Part shown: piece after piece, positions 9,430 to 18,732 of the stretch
Layout of the letters: each line of letters begins with the position of its first letter
Numbering within the stretch: the stretch's first letter is position 1
Made by a program: the position numbers and the translations under genes
The notes under the pieces: model-generated
Database searches by the model: none
What the model was told of the DNA's origin: nothing
The model's input: the letters and a program-made list of their open reading frames with translations, nothing else
Virus record (IMG/VR): IMGVR_UViG_3300011855_000001
Location: 1-64,000 of that record
Strand: one strand, 5' to 3'
Source: an uncultured virus (IMG/VR IMGVR_UViG_3300011855_000001)
Taxonomy: Duplodnaviria; Heunggongvirae; Uroviricota; Caudoviricetes
Length of the DNA stretch: 64,000 nt

Positions 9430-10728
9430 ATGAGTAACCAACCTGTAAACCATACGCCGATTGTGCGCCAGCAGGATTCCGGCAATTTCAATATGACATC
9501 TGGCCCCGGTCTCCCGGCTGACCAGATGAATAGCAGCGTCGTTTCCATTGAGCAGCAGCGTGCCATCGCAGAAGCTCAGGGCCAGCTGGTACTGGCGAAG
9601 CGCTTCCCGCGTAACTTCGCTCAGGCCATGGAGGAGATCCTGACCTCCTGCGCCTATATGGAGTTTGCGGAGGAAGCCTTTTACGCCCTTCCGCGTGGCG
9701 GTCAGACCGTGCGCGGCCCATCCATCCGTCTGGCTGAGGAGATTGCCCGCTGTTACGGTAACTTCCAGTACGGGCACCGTGAGCTCGCGCGTAATGAGGG
9801 CGAGAGCGTGGTTGAGGTGTACGCGTGGGACGTTGAGAAGAATAACCGCAGCACCCGCCAGATCACGATCCCTCATATCATGGACACGCGAAGCGGTGGC
9901 AAGAAGCTGACTGGTCAGAAAGAGATCACCGACTACATTGCCAACGTGGCATCCAAGCAGATGCGTTCCCGTATTCTGGCCCTGCTGCCTAAGCCGCTGG
10001 TCGCCGCCGCCGTCAGACGTTGCGAGGAGACTCTGGCAGGCACTGGTGAGCAGAATGTACAGCAGCGTCTGGACAAGATGCAGGCGATGTTTATCAAGTA
10101 CGGCGTGACCGTCAAGATGCTGGAAAGCTATCTCAAGCACCCGCTGTCTGAGACCACCACCGACGAGATCACCGACCTGATCGCGGTGTACACCGCTATT
10201 AAAGACGGTGGCAACGCCAAAGACTTCTTTACCGTGTCCAGCGATCCGGTCGATGACGAGAGCAGCAAAAACGTCAAAGACATTATCGCCAAAAACAACG
10301 CCGCAGCCGCTGGCGCTGGTACTGGCAATAAGCCGAACGTCAATACCCAGCCGACCGGGCAGCGACTGGTTAAGCCTGAGCCACAGCCTCAGGATAACGC
10401 ACAAGCTGGCAATGACGCGCAGGCAGCAGCTCAGGAGACTAAGACTGCTACCAAAAGCGATAAGAAGAATGCAAGCGCTGGCACTGGCAAGAAAACAGCT
10501 GCAAACGCCAAAACCGAAGCCGAAGCAGCCCAGCATCCTGAGGATAAAACTGGGGTAGATACTGCTGGCGCTACCGTTGATGGTCAGAGCGCTGGCGCTA
10601 ATACGCCGCTGCCGGATTCTCACCCTGAGGAACCGCTGCCGCCGCAGGAAGAAGACGCGCCAAACGTTGACCTGACGCCGCCGCCGATGGATATCCCACC
10701 GCCAGAAAGCGAAGACGATTATTTCTAA
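9430..10728 (+). CDS. putative recombination / ssDNA-annealing protein
   Basis: AKRFPR...GPSIRLAE core; lies downstream of the exonuclease; acidic disordered tail. Function is inferred from context. Confidence 0.55.
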   Translation: MSNQPVNHTPIVRQQDSGNFNMTSGPGLPADQMNSSVVSIEQQRAIAEAQGQLVLAKRFPRNFAQAMEEILTSCAYMEFAEEAFYALPRGGQTVRGPSIRLAEEIARCYGNFQYGHRELARNEGESVVEVYAWDVEKNNRSTRQITIPHIMDTRSGGKKLTGQKEITDYIANVASKQMRSRILALLPKPLVAAAVRRCEETLAGTGEQNVQQRLDKMQAMFIKYGVTVKMLESYLKHPLSETTTDEITDLIAVYTAIKDGGNAKDFFTVSSDPVDDESSKNVKDIIAKNNAAAAGAGTGNKPNVNTQPTGQRLVKPEPQPQDNAQAGNDAQAAAQETKTATKSDKKNASAGTGKKTAANAKTEAEAAQHPEDKTGVDTAGATVDGQSAGANTPLPDSHPEEPLPPQEEDAPNVDLTPPPMDIPPPESEDDYF

Positions 10729-10764
10729 CAATCGGGCCTCCGGGCCCTTAACTGGAGCATTACC

Positions 10765-11040
10765 ATGCTGACTAAAGCACAAATCGTGGAACACATCGCC
10801 AAAGAGCAGAATATCACCAAGTCACAGGCTGAGCGCTTTTACAGCTGCTTCACCCAGCTGGTGACTGATACCCTGAAAGCTGGCGAAGAAGTAAAACTGA
10901 ATGGCGTCGGCACGCTGAAAGTGGCTGCGCGTGCAGCTCGTACAGTGCGCAATCCGGCTACAGGTGCCCCTCTGGATATCCCGGAAACCCGTACCGTGAA
11001 GTTTTCTGTAACCAAAGACCTGAAAGACGCGCTGAATTAA
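10765..11040 (+). CDS. HU/IHF-family DNA-binding protein
   Basis: TKAQIVEHIA, GVGTL, ARTVRNPATG. Confidence 0.92.
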   Translation: MLTKAQIVEHIAKEQNITKSQAERFYSCFTQLVTDTLKAGEEVKLNGVGTLKVAARAARTVRNPATGAPLDIPETRTVKFSVTKDLKDALN

Positions 11041-11071
11041 TCAGCGCCCTATTACAAAAGGATTCCCTGAT

Positions 11072-11099
11072 AAAAGGCCCTTCACAGGGCCTTTTCTTT
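11072..11099 (+). terminator. intrinsic terminator
   Basis: AAAAGGCCCT-TCAC-AGGGCCTTTTCTTT. Confidence 0.75.
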
Positions 11100-11111
11100 C
11101 TGGAGGTACCA

Positions 11112-11477
11112 ATGCTCAGGAAAGATGTTGTGCAGGTGCTGGAAGGACTGGCGAAGGATTTACCGCCCCCGCCGACGCCTGAGGAAGTCCGCAAGATACG
11201 CGCCCGGCACGCTGGGCACATCAGCCCGGTCACGGTCTGCGAATGTGGGTGGAGTGACTTTTTTCACCGCATGGGGTGCCGGAACCAGACGGACTTTCTT
11301 GATAATACCGGGCATCAAATTAAATGGCTGTTCCTCGCGCACGATGGCCCGTTAGAAGGCAGCGGCAGCAGGATTATTGAACACGGCGTCCATTTTTGTT
11401 TCACGGGAGATAACGATGCAATTCACCCAGACTCAGGGGTCAGCGATCCAGCAAGTAGCGAAGTGGGCGAACAGTAA
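11112..11477 (+). CDS. hypothetical protein
   Basis: GGAGG RBS; Cys/His-containing; overlaps the next gene. Confidence 0.6.
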   Translation: MLRKDVVQVLEGLAKDLPPPPTPEEVRKIRARHAGHISPVTVCECGWSDFFHRMGCRNQTDFLDNTGHQIKWLFLAHDGPLEGSGSRIIEHGVHFCFTGDNDAIHPDSGVSDPASSEVGEQ

Positions 11478-12528
11478 GGGCGGGCCTCAGGTCATGCGCC
11501 TGTTTGGCTACGCGGGAACCGGGAAAACGACCGTTGCCAAAGCTATCGCTGAGGAGGTCAAAGGTACCGTGCTGTTTGGCGCGTTCACGGGTAAAGCCTC
11601 GCTGGTCATGCGTAAGAAAGGCTGCATTAACGCCAGCACGCTGCACAGCCTGATATACAAACAGGATGAAGACGCGCTGCCGGGGCCGCATCCTAAGTTT
11701 ATTCTTAACCCTGAAAGCTCCCTCAATTACTGCCGCCTGCTGATTGTCGATGAATGCTCAATGGTCGGCCCTGATCTCGGTGCTGACCTCCTCAGCTTTA
11801 ACCGCAAAATTCTGGTGCTGGGCGATCCGGCACAGCTCCAGCCCGTCAACGGCGAGGGCTATTTCTGCGCTCCCGGCGTCCGGCCTGATATCATGCTCAC
11901 TGAGGTTCACCGCTCGGCGGCTGAATCGCCTATCATCCGGTTGTCTATGGACTTGCGCGAGGGGCGTCGCCTCCAGTACGGCACCTATGGTGACAGCTGC
12001 ATCATTGAGCGCAAGCACCTCGGACAGCGCCGCGTGCTGGAATCTGACATCGTGCTTTGCGGCATGAATAAAACCCGCATCAACCTCAATGAGAAGATCA
12101 GGAAGCTGAAAGGGGTTGAGAGCCCATTCCCGGTGGCTGGCGATAAGCTGATTTGCCTCAAAAACGACAAAGAGCTCCAGATGTACAACGGCTCGATCTG
12201 GACGGCGAAGCACGCCGCAGAGCCAGACCGGAACGGGCTGGTAATGCTCACCGTCGAGACTGAGGACGATCCGAACGTTGATTACCCGGTTGAGGTCGTG
12301 GTACCGGAGAAATTCTTTCTGGGCCGGGAGAAAGAGCTCCACTGGACTGAGTTGCAGGGCATCCAGCAGATGTACTATGGCAACGCGATCACCTGCCATA
12401 AAGCGCAGGGCTCAGAGTGGGAGCATGTTGTGATATTCGACGAGGGCGGGATCTTTAAACAGGATGCGTGGCGCTGGCGGTATACGGCGATTACACGCGC
12501 CAGCGAGCGGTTTACCTATATCATGTGA
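11416..12528 (+). CDS. Dda/RecD-like superfamily 1B helicase
   Basis: GYAGTGKT, VDECSM, GDPAQL, AITCHKAQGSEW, YTAITRA; GGAG RBS before ATG 11416. Confidence 0.92.
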   Translation: MQFTQTQGSAIQQVAKWANSKGGPQVMRLFGYAGTGKTTVAKAIAEEVKGTVLFGAFTGKASLVMRKKGCINASTLHSLIYKQDEDALPGPHPKFILNPESSLNYCRLLIVDECSMVGPDLGADLLSFNRKILVLGDPAQLQPVNGEGYFCAPGVRPDIMLTEVHRSAAESPIIRLSMDLREGRRLQYGTYGDSCIIERKHLGQRRVLESDIVLCGMNKTRINLNEKIRKLKGVESPFPVAGDKLICLKNDKELQMYNGSIWTAKHAAEPDRNGLVMLTVETEDDPNVDYPVEVVVPEKFFLGREKELHWTELQGIQQMYYGNAITCHKAQGSEWEHVVIFDEGGIFKQDAWRWRYTAITRASERFTYIM

Positions 12529-12792
12529 TTACATGCCTTGGCTGGCTACCCAGTCAGCCTTATTTTTGTCCCGCGTGGCACAATCGCCGTACATGCCTAA
12601 CAGGTCAGAATATGCCTTATACAGCGTCCCCATGTTTTCGCCGGGGTCGAGGTCTACGGCAGGGCAGGTCACGCGCAGCGATTCGCTCATGTGAGGCTTG
12701 GCCTGATCAACGACAACCTGCGTCGCCGGGCGAGGCTTATCGCTACAACCAGCGATAAAAGTCAGGGCGGCCACCAGCATCAGTTTTTTCAT
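12529..12792 (-). CDS. o-spanin (lipoprotein)
   Basis: Signal peptide with lipobox IAGC; last gene of the lysis cassette. Confidence 0.8.
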   Translation of the reverse strand: MKKLMLVAALTFIAGCSDKPRPATQVVVDQAKPHMSESLRVTCPAVDLDPGENMGTLYKAYSDLLGMYGDCATRDKNKADWVASQGM

Positions 12793-13250
12793 TTTGATGC
12801 CTCCGCAGGAACTACTCCGATGAATTGCGCGTTGATATCCCGTGTCTTATTGAGCAGGATCTCACGACCGGACGCGGGGAGTTTACAGTCGGTATAGACT
12901 GTCTTTTCGGTCTCTTTCTGAATGGTGTTGTTGTAGGTCTTGTTGACGATCTGGATGTTGTTCAGCGCGGTGAGGAAGTTTTTCTCCACGATCTGAGCAC
13001 GATGCTCAGCATCAATGCGCCGGGCCTCCTTCTCCTGTAAGGCTACGTTCTGAGCATCAATCAGGGCCTGACGTTCCCCCGCCATGCGTAGCGCTTCGGA
13101 CTCCGTACCCGATTTAAACCCAAAATAAAGGCCGGAACCGCCAGCGCCCATCATTGCGATAAGGCAAGCAACAATTATCCATGGGACAGCTTTTGTTCTA
13201 ACGACTGCGGCACCCGCAATCTCTACCGTTTCTTTCAGTGGATTACTCAT
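12789..13250 (-). CDS. i-spanin
   Basis: N-terminal TM, coiled coil, C-terminal Cys; adjacent to the o-spanin. Confidence 0.75.
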   Translation of the reverse strand: MSNPLKETVEIAGAAVVRTKAVPWIIVACLIAMMGAGGSGLYFGFKSGTESEALRMAGERQALIDAQNVALQEKEARRIDAEHRAQIVEKNFLTALNNIQIVNKTYNNTIQKETEKTVYTDCKLPASGREILLNKTRDINAQFIGVVPAEASK

Positions 13251-13705
13251 TGGATTATCCTTAGGTTTACAGGTGGCAAAATAACCACCGTGTCACCGTT
13301 GATAATACCGTCACGGAAACTTACAGTGCTTCTGATTCTGTAGTCTCCCACAGGAAGATCAGGCATAACGAATGCGTAAGATTTCAGATGGCACCCACCA
13401 TCAGTAAGGATATCTAAAGATGGTAGCGGGAAAACAGTGCCTTCAGGCGAGACCAGCGCCGGGGAGGCACTGAGTTTTAACTTGCCCTTTACGCAATACA
13501 GCCGCTCAATTCTGACCTCATCACCAGCCCTGAAATTCATGGATTTTTCGCCGTGAGCATCCAGCGGCTCAGTGCGCTTTACCGTGAACGTCGCTGTGTC
13601 AGTAAAGATGTAAAACCATCCCCCGGCAAGAAAAACAGCCAGGACGAATAGGTATGTAAGGGCTCCTACTAGCGCCCTCCTGTGCTTGCAATTTCTGGTC
13701 GTCAT
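13247..13705 (-). CDS. membrane-anchored periplasmic protein of the lysis cassette
   Basis: One N-terminal TM followed by a beta-rich domain with two Cys. Confidence 0.65.
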   Translation of the reverse strand: MTTRNCKHRRALVGALTYLFVLAVFLAGGWFYIFTDTATFTVKRTEPLDAHGEKSMNFRAGDEVRIERLYCVKGKLKLSASPALVSPEGTVFPLPSLDILTDGGCHLKSYAFVMPDLPVGDYRIRSTVSFRDGIINGDTVVILPPVNLRIIQ

Positions 13706-13914
13706 TTAATGATCACTTTTGCCAGTACAGCCATCATGACGGATGACAGGACAGCGGTTGCTAAACCGTAGGCGATCAGTTTTACAGGCGTAAATTCTTC
13801 ACGGGTGATCTTTTCTTTGACCAGATTCTCCAGTGTCGATACCTTCTCCTGTAACCGAACCACGTTCATATTTAGCTCAGTAATTTTTTTGATGTCATCG
13901 GAGTCTAGTGCCAT
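13702..13914 (-). CDS. small coiled-coil + TM protein (holin-like)
   Basis: Coiled coil then one C-terminal TM; inside the lysis cassette. Confidence 0.6.
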   Translation of the reverse strand: MALDSDDIKKITELNMNVVRLQEKVSTLENLVKEKITREEFTPVKLIAYGLATAVLSSVMMAVLAKVIIK

Positions 13915-13920
13915 CGCTAA

Positions 13921-14601
13921 TCACTCAAAGTATGGAATATATTTAGCACGGCGAACATGAATAATGTTCGATACGTACTCTCGGTTTATTCTGAAAAACG
14001 ACTGACCATAGCCCTGTTTTGGGGTTTTGGATTTCAGGCTGTACCGCTCGACGTGATTCCACCAGCGGGACGAATCGCAGCCCCGCGTGTTGGCGCACAG
14101 GCGACGATCCTGCAACACTCCACCCTCTCCCCCGTTATAAGCACTCAGCGTAAAGGCCAGTCGCTCATCAGCGTTCGCCGCACCTTTCTGGCGGCTGAAA
14201 ATGGCTTTATCCATTTCCACGATGGCTTTGAGTTGATAATCGGCATCATATCGGTTCTCCCAGCTCCAGCCCTTGAGGCTTTTATGAGTTGCTGCCAGCT
14301 CGCTGATTTTATCGAACCGAATAGAGCCATCTTTGTTGTATGCGCGGGTAAACTGCCCCAGCCCGATCCCGTTCTCCCGGCTGGTTTTTAGCTCAGCACG
14401 AGGATCCCAGCAGCGGGAGTGTTTCAGGGTGATGCAGCTTTCCTGCTCAATCTGCCCCGCCAGAAACGATGGCGTCGGGGCGTCGGGCCAGATGGTGCGC
14501 TGGGCCTGCACCAGATCCGGCAAATATTTTTCAGCCTTGGGAGGGACTGCTCCCAGCGCCAGCACCGGAACCAGCGCAAGCATCCAGAGCACCGATTTCA
14601 T
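13921..14601 (-). CDS. endolysin, lytic transglycosylase (SLT) with signal peptide
   Basis: QIEQES, GLGQF, AYNGG; hydrophobic N-terminus; ATGA overlap with the holin. Confidence 0.85.
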   Translation of the reverse strand: MKSVLWMLALVPVLALGAVPPKAEKYLPDLVQAQRTIWPDAPTPSFLAGQIEQESCITLKHSRCWDPRAELKTSRENGIGLGQFTRAYNKDGSIRFDKISELAATHKSLKGWSWENRYDADYQLKAIVEMDKAIFSRQKGAANADERLAFTLSAYNGGEGGVLQDRRLCANTRGCDSSRWWNHVERYSLKSKTPKQGYGQSFFRINREYVSNIIHVRRAKYIPYFE

Positions 14602-14918
14602 GCCTTGGCCCACGTCACAAGTGACAGGATGAGCAGCCCTACGAAAAGTAGCAGGCCAGCCACGACGATCCCAGCCGCCTTATTCCCCTCATGCGCTTCC
14701 CTGAGGAGCCTCGTCAGCTCGATCTGAGGAAACATCATACGGGAAACGATGACAGCCAGCCCGGTGATGATTGGCGCGACCAGAAGCCACTGCACGACCG
14801 TAATGGTCATGGCCTTGTCGATAAACCACAGGATGATAAAACAGGGGAGGATCATCAGTAGAGCGGTCTTATCGACCAGCGCCCGCAGGCGTTTGACGAT
14901 GGATTGTAAAGCGTTCAT
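14598..14918 (-). CDS. putative holin
   Basis: Three hydrophobic segments; directly upstream of the endolysin. Confidence 0.75.
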   Translation of the reverse strand: MNALQSIVKRLRALVDKTALLMILPCFIILWFIDKAMTITVVQWLLVAPIITGLAVIVSRMMFPQIELTRLLREAHEGNKAAGIVVAGLLLFVGLLILSLVTWAKA

Positions 14919-14948
14919 AAAAAAGCCCTCATGCGTTTGTATGAGGGC
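14919..14948 (-). terminator. terminator-like hairpin covering the holin RBS
   Basis: GCCCTCAT-8nt-ATGAGGGC-TTTTTT immediately before the holin ATG. Confidence 0.7.
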
Positions 14949-14964
14949 AGTTTTACATCACGAC
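14949..14964 (-). promoter_or_regulatory. late promoter motif (lysis)
   Basis: GTCGTGATG-T-AAAACT. Confidence 0.75.
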
Positions 14965-14975
14965 TGGGAACAGTC

Positions 14976-17438
14976 TTATTTTTGGGCAGACTCCAGCTGC
15001 TTAACGCGAGCCGACAGCACTTGAATTGCTGCCAGCGCATCAAGCAGCAGCACATTGCTATCCAGCGTCAGCGTTTCCACGCTGTTAGGTGTTTTAACCG
15101 CATGGACATACTCAGGATCTACCTGCCGCGCCTGCTGAGCAATAATCCCGCGACGGACGACATCAGGTTTCATCTGATCGATGGTATACCGGAAGGTTTT
15201 CATTTCCAGCGCGTTGATGTTTGCCAGCGACAGCTTGCCATCATACGGCTTAATGTCCGTCTTAAACTGCTCATCAGAAAGCGCATTTTTCTGGAATTCC
15301 CACGCTGACTGACTGGCGTTATTCTGGTCATTCGCATTTTCGCCGTAAATCCTACCGCCCATAGCAAAGTAATAGTTTCCATACCATTGACCATCGCCAT
15401 CCATTCGTAGCACCGTCTCAGGCCACTGCGTCGTCCCGCGAGAGATAAGCCCCAGCGTCGTGCGCATAGGGTAGTTAGCCCCATTGCTACCAGATGCCGA
15501 ACCAAAACTGAGCGCCGGAACAAAGCCACCGGAGTTATTGCTAACGGTTTTCAGCCACAGAGGGGCACGCCCAGCTTTAGGTTCACCCCATCCGCCCTGA
15601 TACGCATCAATCTGCGTAGTCTTGGTCACAGTGTCCTGTGCCAGATACGAATACCAGTTAGTGAATCGTGCCGATGGGTTTGCTATTCTGATACGGAACT
15701 TCGGAGGTGCATCAACCGCCATCGGGAATGCCTGCTGGAAGTAGTTTCCACCACTCCCGGTGTGGTAGCCCTCAGCGAGGTTTAACCCCATCCAGTAGTT
15801 AAATGGCTTACCGATATTTGGAGCCGCTGAATTGTCACCCGAATAGAAAATACAGGTGTCCAGATTCGGGATATCCGGGTTAGGGATTTGCCCCACCAGC
15901 TGAGCGGTCAATTTACCGTTAGAGATACCCGCCTGAGTTACTCTCGCAGAGGTTACAACCTGCCCGTTAGTATCAACAGATAACGTGCCGCGATTCGTCT
16001 TGTTGAGTACATCTTCAACAGAAATGGTCGCGTAGTTATACACCCCATATTTGTTATCAGAATAGAACTGGGCTTTATAAGCATCCGCACCAGCGATCTG
16101 GTAGATGGAGTTAATCGAACCACCTGGCACAATCGTATTAACTGCCGGGGCAGTGGTATCACCAGTCAGCACATTAAAGACTGTATTCTGCGCAGAGAAA
16201 GTGCCACTGGCGCGGATGATCCAGATACCTACAGCTGAGTTTGGACGAACTTCTGCGGCTGAGTCACGACCATATGCGGCATTAGATAAAGAAGCATCGA
16301 ATTTCGCCCATGCCGAGGCGCTACTTCCCACTACCTGAGGATTGATAATCCTGTTTTCATTACGGGCCTCAATTTTAAACGCACCAGTACCAGAGAAAAA
16401 AGTACCAATACTTAAATCTGAGGCGATTGAGGAAATCGTACCGTTAATATTCGGAGCAGCGTTTACGCGCATTTCACCAACAGTGCCGCTTTGTGCCTCA
16501 GCAGCAGCCGAATGACCGCGAAGGAAAACACCAGTGATACTACCAGTCTGCTGACCGTTAAGATCTGGCACGCGGAATTCAGTCGTAGACGTATCGTAAG
16601 CATAACAGGCGCGTTTATTGAGGTTTCCCTGCCAAGTAGCTTCATTCGTTGACGTCAATACGTTGTTGTTTACCGCAGCCCAGAGATCAGGCGCATCGGT
16701 TTTCAGGACTTTTTGACCATCTGCCGGGATGTAGCCAGCTGGGATTTTGGCACGCGAGCCGTTAAACCACTCCACAGCGCCGATGAAGTTATTCATCACA
16801 CCATTCATGGATGCGCCGCCTGAACCCCCAGAAGACGCTTTCAGCTGCCGGAGAGTAACAGCGTCATAATCACCAGCAGCATCACCACCTAAGCGCAGCG
16901 GGCCGCTGAGCGCGTTTAATGAGGTAATGTCATTATTCGCGCCGGATGCTGCGAGTCCGGTAACAGCCCCGGTCTTCCCGTTGACGCTGGTCACGTTGGT
17001 GCTGGTCAGCTCGCGCCAGTTGCTTAGCACGCTCGGCGGCATCTGGGTGAGGATGAAGGTTTTACCAAGATCCTCACGGATAGCGATATCTCCGCGCTCA
17101 CATTGCAGGCCAAGCATACTGGCCTCATTTGGCACGACAAAGGTATCAACCACAGCGATAGATGGCATCAGTGAGCCATCGATCTTCCCGTCCGGGCCAG
17201 TCTGCACCACCGTAGACGGCAGGTTAGATTTATTCAGCTTACCCTGCGCGTCCAGCTTGGCGATGACATCAGACAGCATATCATCGGCAATTTTCCCGGT
17301 GTTCTCGTCACGCGTTACCACCAGCACGTCAAGCAAGTTAAACGTGTCGCGCAGCCGCTCCACGTCATCTTGCAGGAAGTTGTCAGTGAACGGCAGTAAA
17401 AGCCCCAGACGGGGCGTTTTCTGGTCTACTAAAGCCAT
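14976..17438 (-). CDS. tail fibre 1 (collar domain, C-terminal S74-like chaperone)
   Basis: FIGAVEWF...FRVPDL collar-like segment; SDEQFKTDI...GIIAQ chaperone motif. Confidence 0.85.
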   Translation of the reverse strand: MALVDQKTPRLGLLLPFTDNFLQDDVERLRDTFNLLDVLVVTRDENTGKIADDMLSDVIAKLDAQGKLNKSNLPSTVVQTGPDGKIDGSLMPSIAVVDTFVVPNEASMLGLQCERGDIAIREDLGKTFILTQMPPSVLSNWRELTSTNVTSVNGKTGAVTGLAASGANNDITSLNALSGPLRLGGDAAGDYDAVTLRQLKASSGGSGGASMNGVMNNFIGAVEWFNGSRAKIPAGYIPADGQKVLKTDAPDLWAAVNNNVLTSTNEATWQGNLNKRACYAYDTSTTEFRVPDLNGQQTGSITGVFLRGHSAAAEAQSGTVGEMRVNAAPNINGTISSIASDLSIGTFFSGTGAFKIEARNENRIINPQVVGSSASAWAKFDASLSNAAYGRDSAAEVRPNSAVGIWIIRASGTFSAQNTVFNVLTGDTTAPAVNTIVPGGSINSIYQIAGADAYKAQFYSDNKYGVYNYATISVEDVLNKTNRGTLSVDTNGQVVTSARVTQAGISNGKLTAQLVGQIPNPDIPNLDTCIFYSGDNSAAPNIGKPFNYWMGLNLAEGYHTGSGGNYFQQAFPMAVDAPPKFRIRIANPSARFTNWYSYLAQDTVTKTTQIDAYQGGWGEPKAGRAPLWLKTVSNNSGGFVPALSFGSASGSNGANYPMRTTLGLISRGTTQWPETVLRMDGDGQWYGNYYFAMGGRIYGENANDQNNASQSAWEFQKNALSDEQFKTDIKPYDGKLSLANINALEMKTFRYTIDQMKPDVVRRGIIAQQARQVDPEYVHAVKTPNSVETLTLDSNVLLLDALAAIQVLSARVKQLESAQK

Positions 17439-17447
17439 TTTTTATCC

Positions 17448-18719
17448 TTATACCAGAGATACGCGGCAGTTAGTGACGTATACGCGCTTGTTAGCGCCAC
17501 CTTTCAGAATCACCTTCACACGCACCGCAGCACCAGCGATCAGTTTGCCGTTGGTTGTGACGCCCGCAGTGGTGTCACCAGCCTTGATCGTAAATTTGCG
17601 GTCGGTCATGTTGGCCTGATTGCCCGGCGTTGATCCGGTCTGCTCCAGCTTAGTCCAGACCATTGAGCTCGACGGGTTCGTGTCGATAGCCAGATACACC
17701 TCAATGGTCGCGTTGTTTGCATCGACCGCCGTCAGGTATACCGTTGCCGCCATCGGGTTCTGCGGGTCGCCAGCGAAAGCACGACTAACGTATGATCCTT
17801 CTGCGCTGATAGAGCCAGCGATCAGCTGTGAGCCCGGATCCAGCAATGCAGATGCGTAGCCGTCAGGCGTAGAGCGCACTACCGCAGACACTTTGATGTC
17901 CCCGGTGATCGCAGACGCGTTCTGGATAACCTGCCCATCAGAAACGGTCTGCGTGGTGCCGTTCGGGAACTCCAGCAGGAAGTTAGCGTCGGCCCCGGTC
18001 GCCGGAACAGTCGAAAGCATGGACACAAGGAAGTCAGTTGCGTTGTTCACGCTCACGGTGCCTAGCGGCATGGTTTTCGATGCCTGAGTGTATTTGCGGC
18101 AAAGCAGGCGGAACGTCAGATCGCGGTCTTGGTGCGCCGTCCACGTTGACGCGTTCGCAGAGCTCAGCAGTACGCCTACCTGATACGGCTGGCTGGAAAC
18201 GTAGCCACCACCTGCGAGGTTAGGTTTTCCCAGCTCAGAGATCCCCACAGCCATGTCGGCATCGTTACAGAGTACCACCACGGCATACTCGGTATTCGGC
18301 AGGCTGTAGAACGGCTCAGCGAATACCACGCGGTTATAAGCGCCCTCAACGATGTTAGCCGGATCCAGTCTGCCTTCCGCCAGAATGGTCGTGGTCGGGA
18401 AGCCTACCTGAGTGTCGCGCAGCTGGACGATTAGCGGGGTATTGCCCTTCTTCGTCACCCAGATCTCAACCGCAGCCAGATGGCGTGCAGAGTCAGCGAT
18501 AAAGGTCTGCGCCAGCGGATCGTAATACGCCTGCGAAACGTTGGTGACTTTGCGCATGTTGTTGGTAACGACAGTACCCTGCCCGGTAAACATCGCGTCG
18601 CCGTTGCCGCCCTGAGTGCCTTTAAATTGCACCAGTTTTGTCCCCGCCCTTACCTTGGGCGGGATTTTGAACTTGCCGCGCACTACGCCATTGGCATCGG
18701 CTTTTAATGAAGTTGGCAT
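17448..18719 (-). CDS. baseplate/tail structural protein (DUF4815-like C-terminal part)
   Basis: DPLAQTF, GVLLSSANASTWT, DLTFRL motifs. Confidence 0.7.
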   Translation of the reverse strand: MPTSLKADANGVVRGKFKIPPKVRAGTKLVQFKGTQGGNGDAMFTGQGTVVTNNMRKVTNVSQAYYDPLAQTFIADSARHLAAVEIWVTKKGNTPLIVQLRDTQVGFPTTTILAEGRLDPANIVEGAYNRVVFAEPFYSLPNTEYAVVVLCNDADMAVGISELGKPNLAGGGYVSSQPYQVGVLLSSANASTWTAHQDRDLTFRLLCRKYTQASKTMPLGTVSVNNATDFLVSMLSTVPATGADANFLLEFPNGTTQTVSDGQVIQNASAITGDIKVSAVVRSTPDGYASALLDPGSQLIAGSISAEGSYVSRAFAGDPQNPMAATVYLTAVDANNATIEVYLAIDTNPSSSMVWTKLEQTGSTPGNQANMTDRKFTIKAGDTTAGVTTNGKLIAGAAVRVKVILKGGANKRVYVTNCRVSLV

Positions 18720-18732
18720 TTAAAACTCCTTA

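Noticed and set aside
7912..10794. Long antisense ORFs (352 aa, 470 aa) and similar ones elsewhere (19462-20577, 54507-55649, 56805-57821)
   Set aside because: They are shadows of genes with strong codon bias; no RBS or recognisable motifs
12862..16270. TCACGAC matches at 12862 and 16264
   Set aside because: Both are inside genes and lack the downstream A...T hexamer of the late promoter
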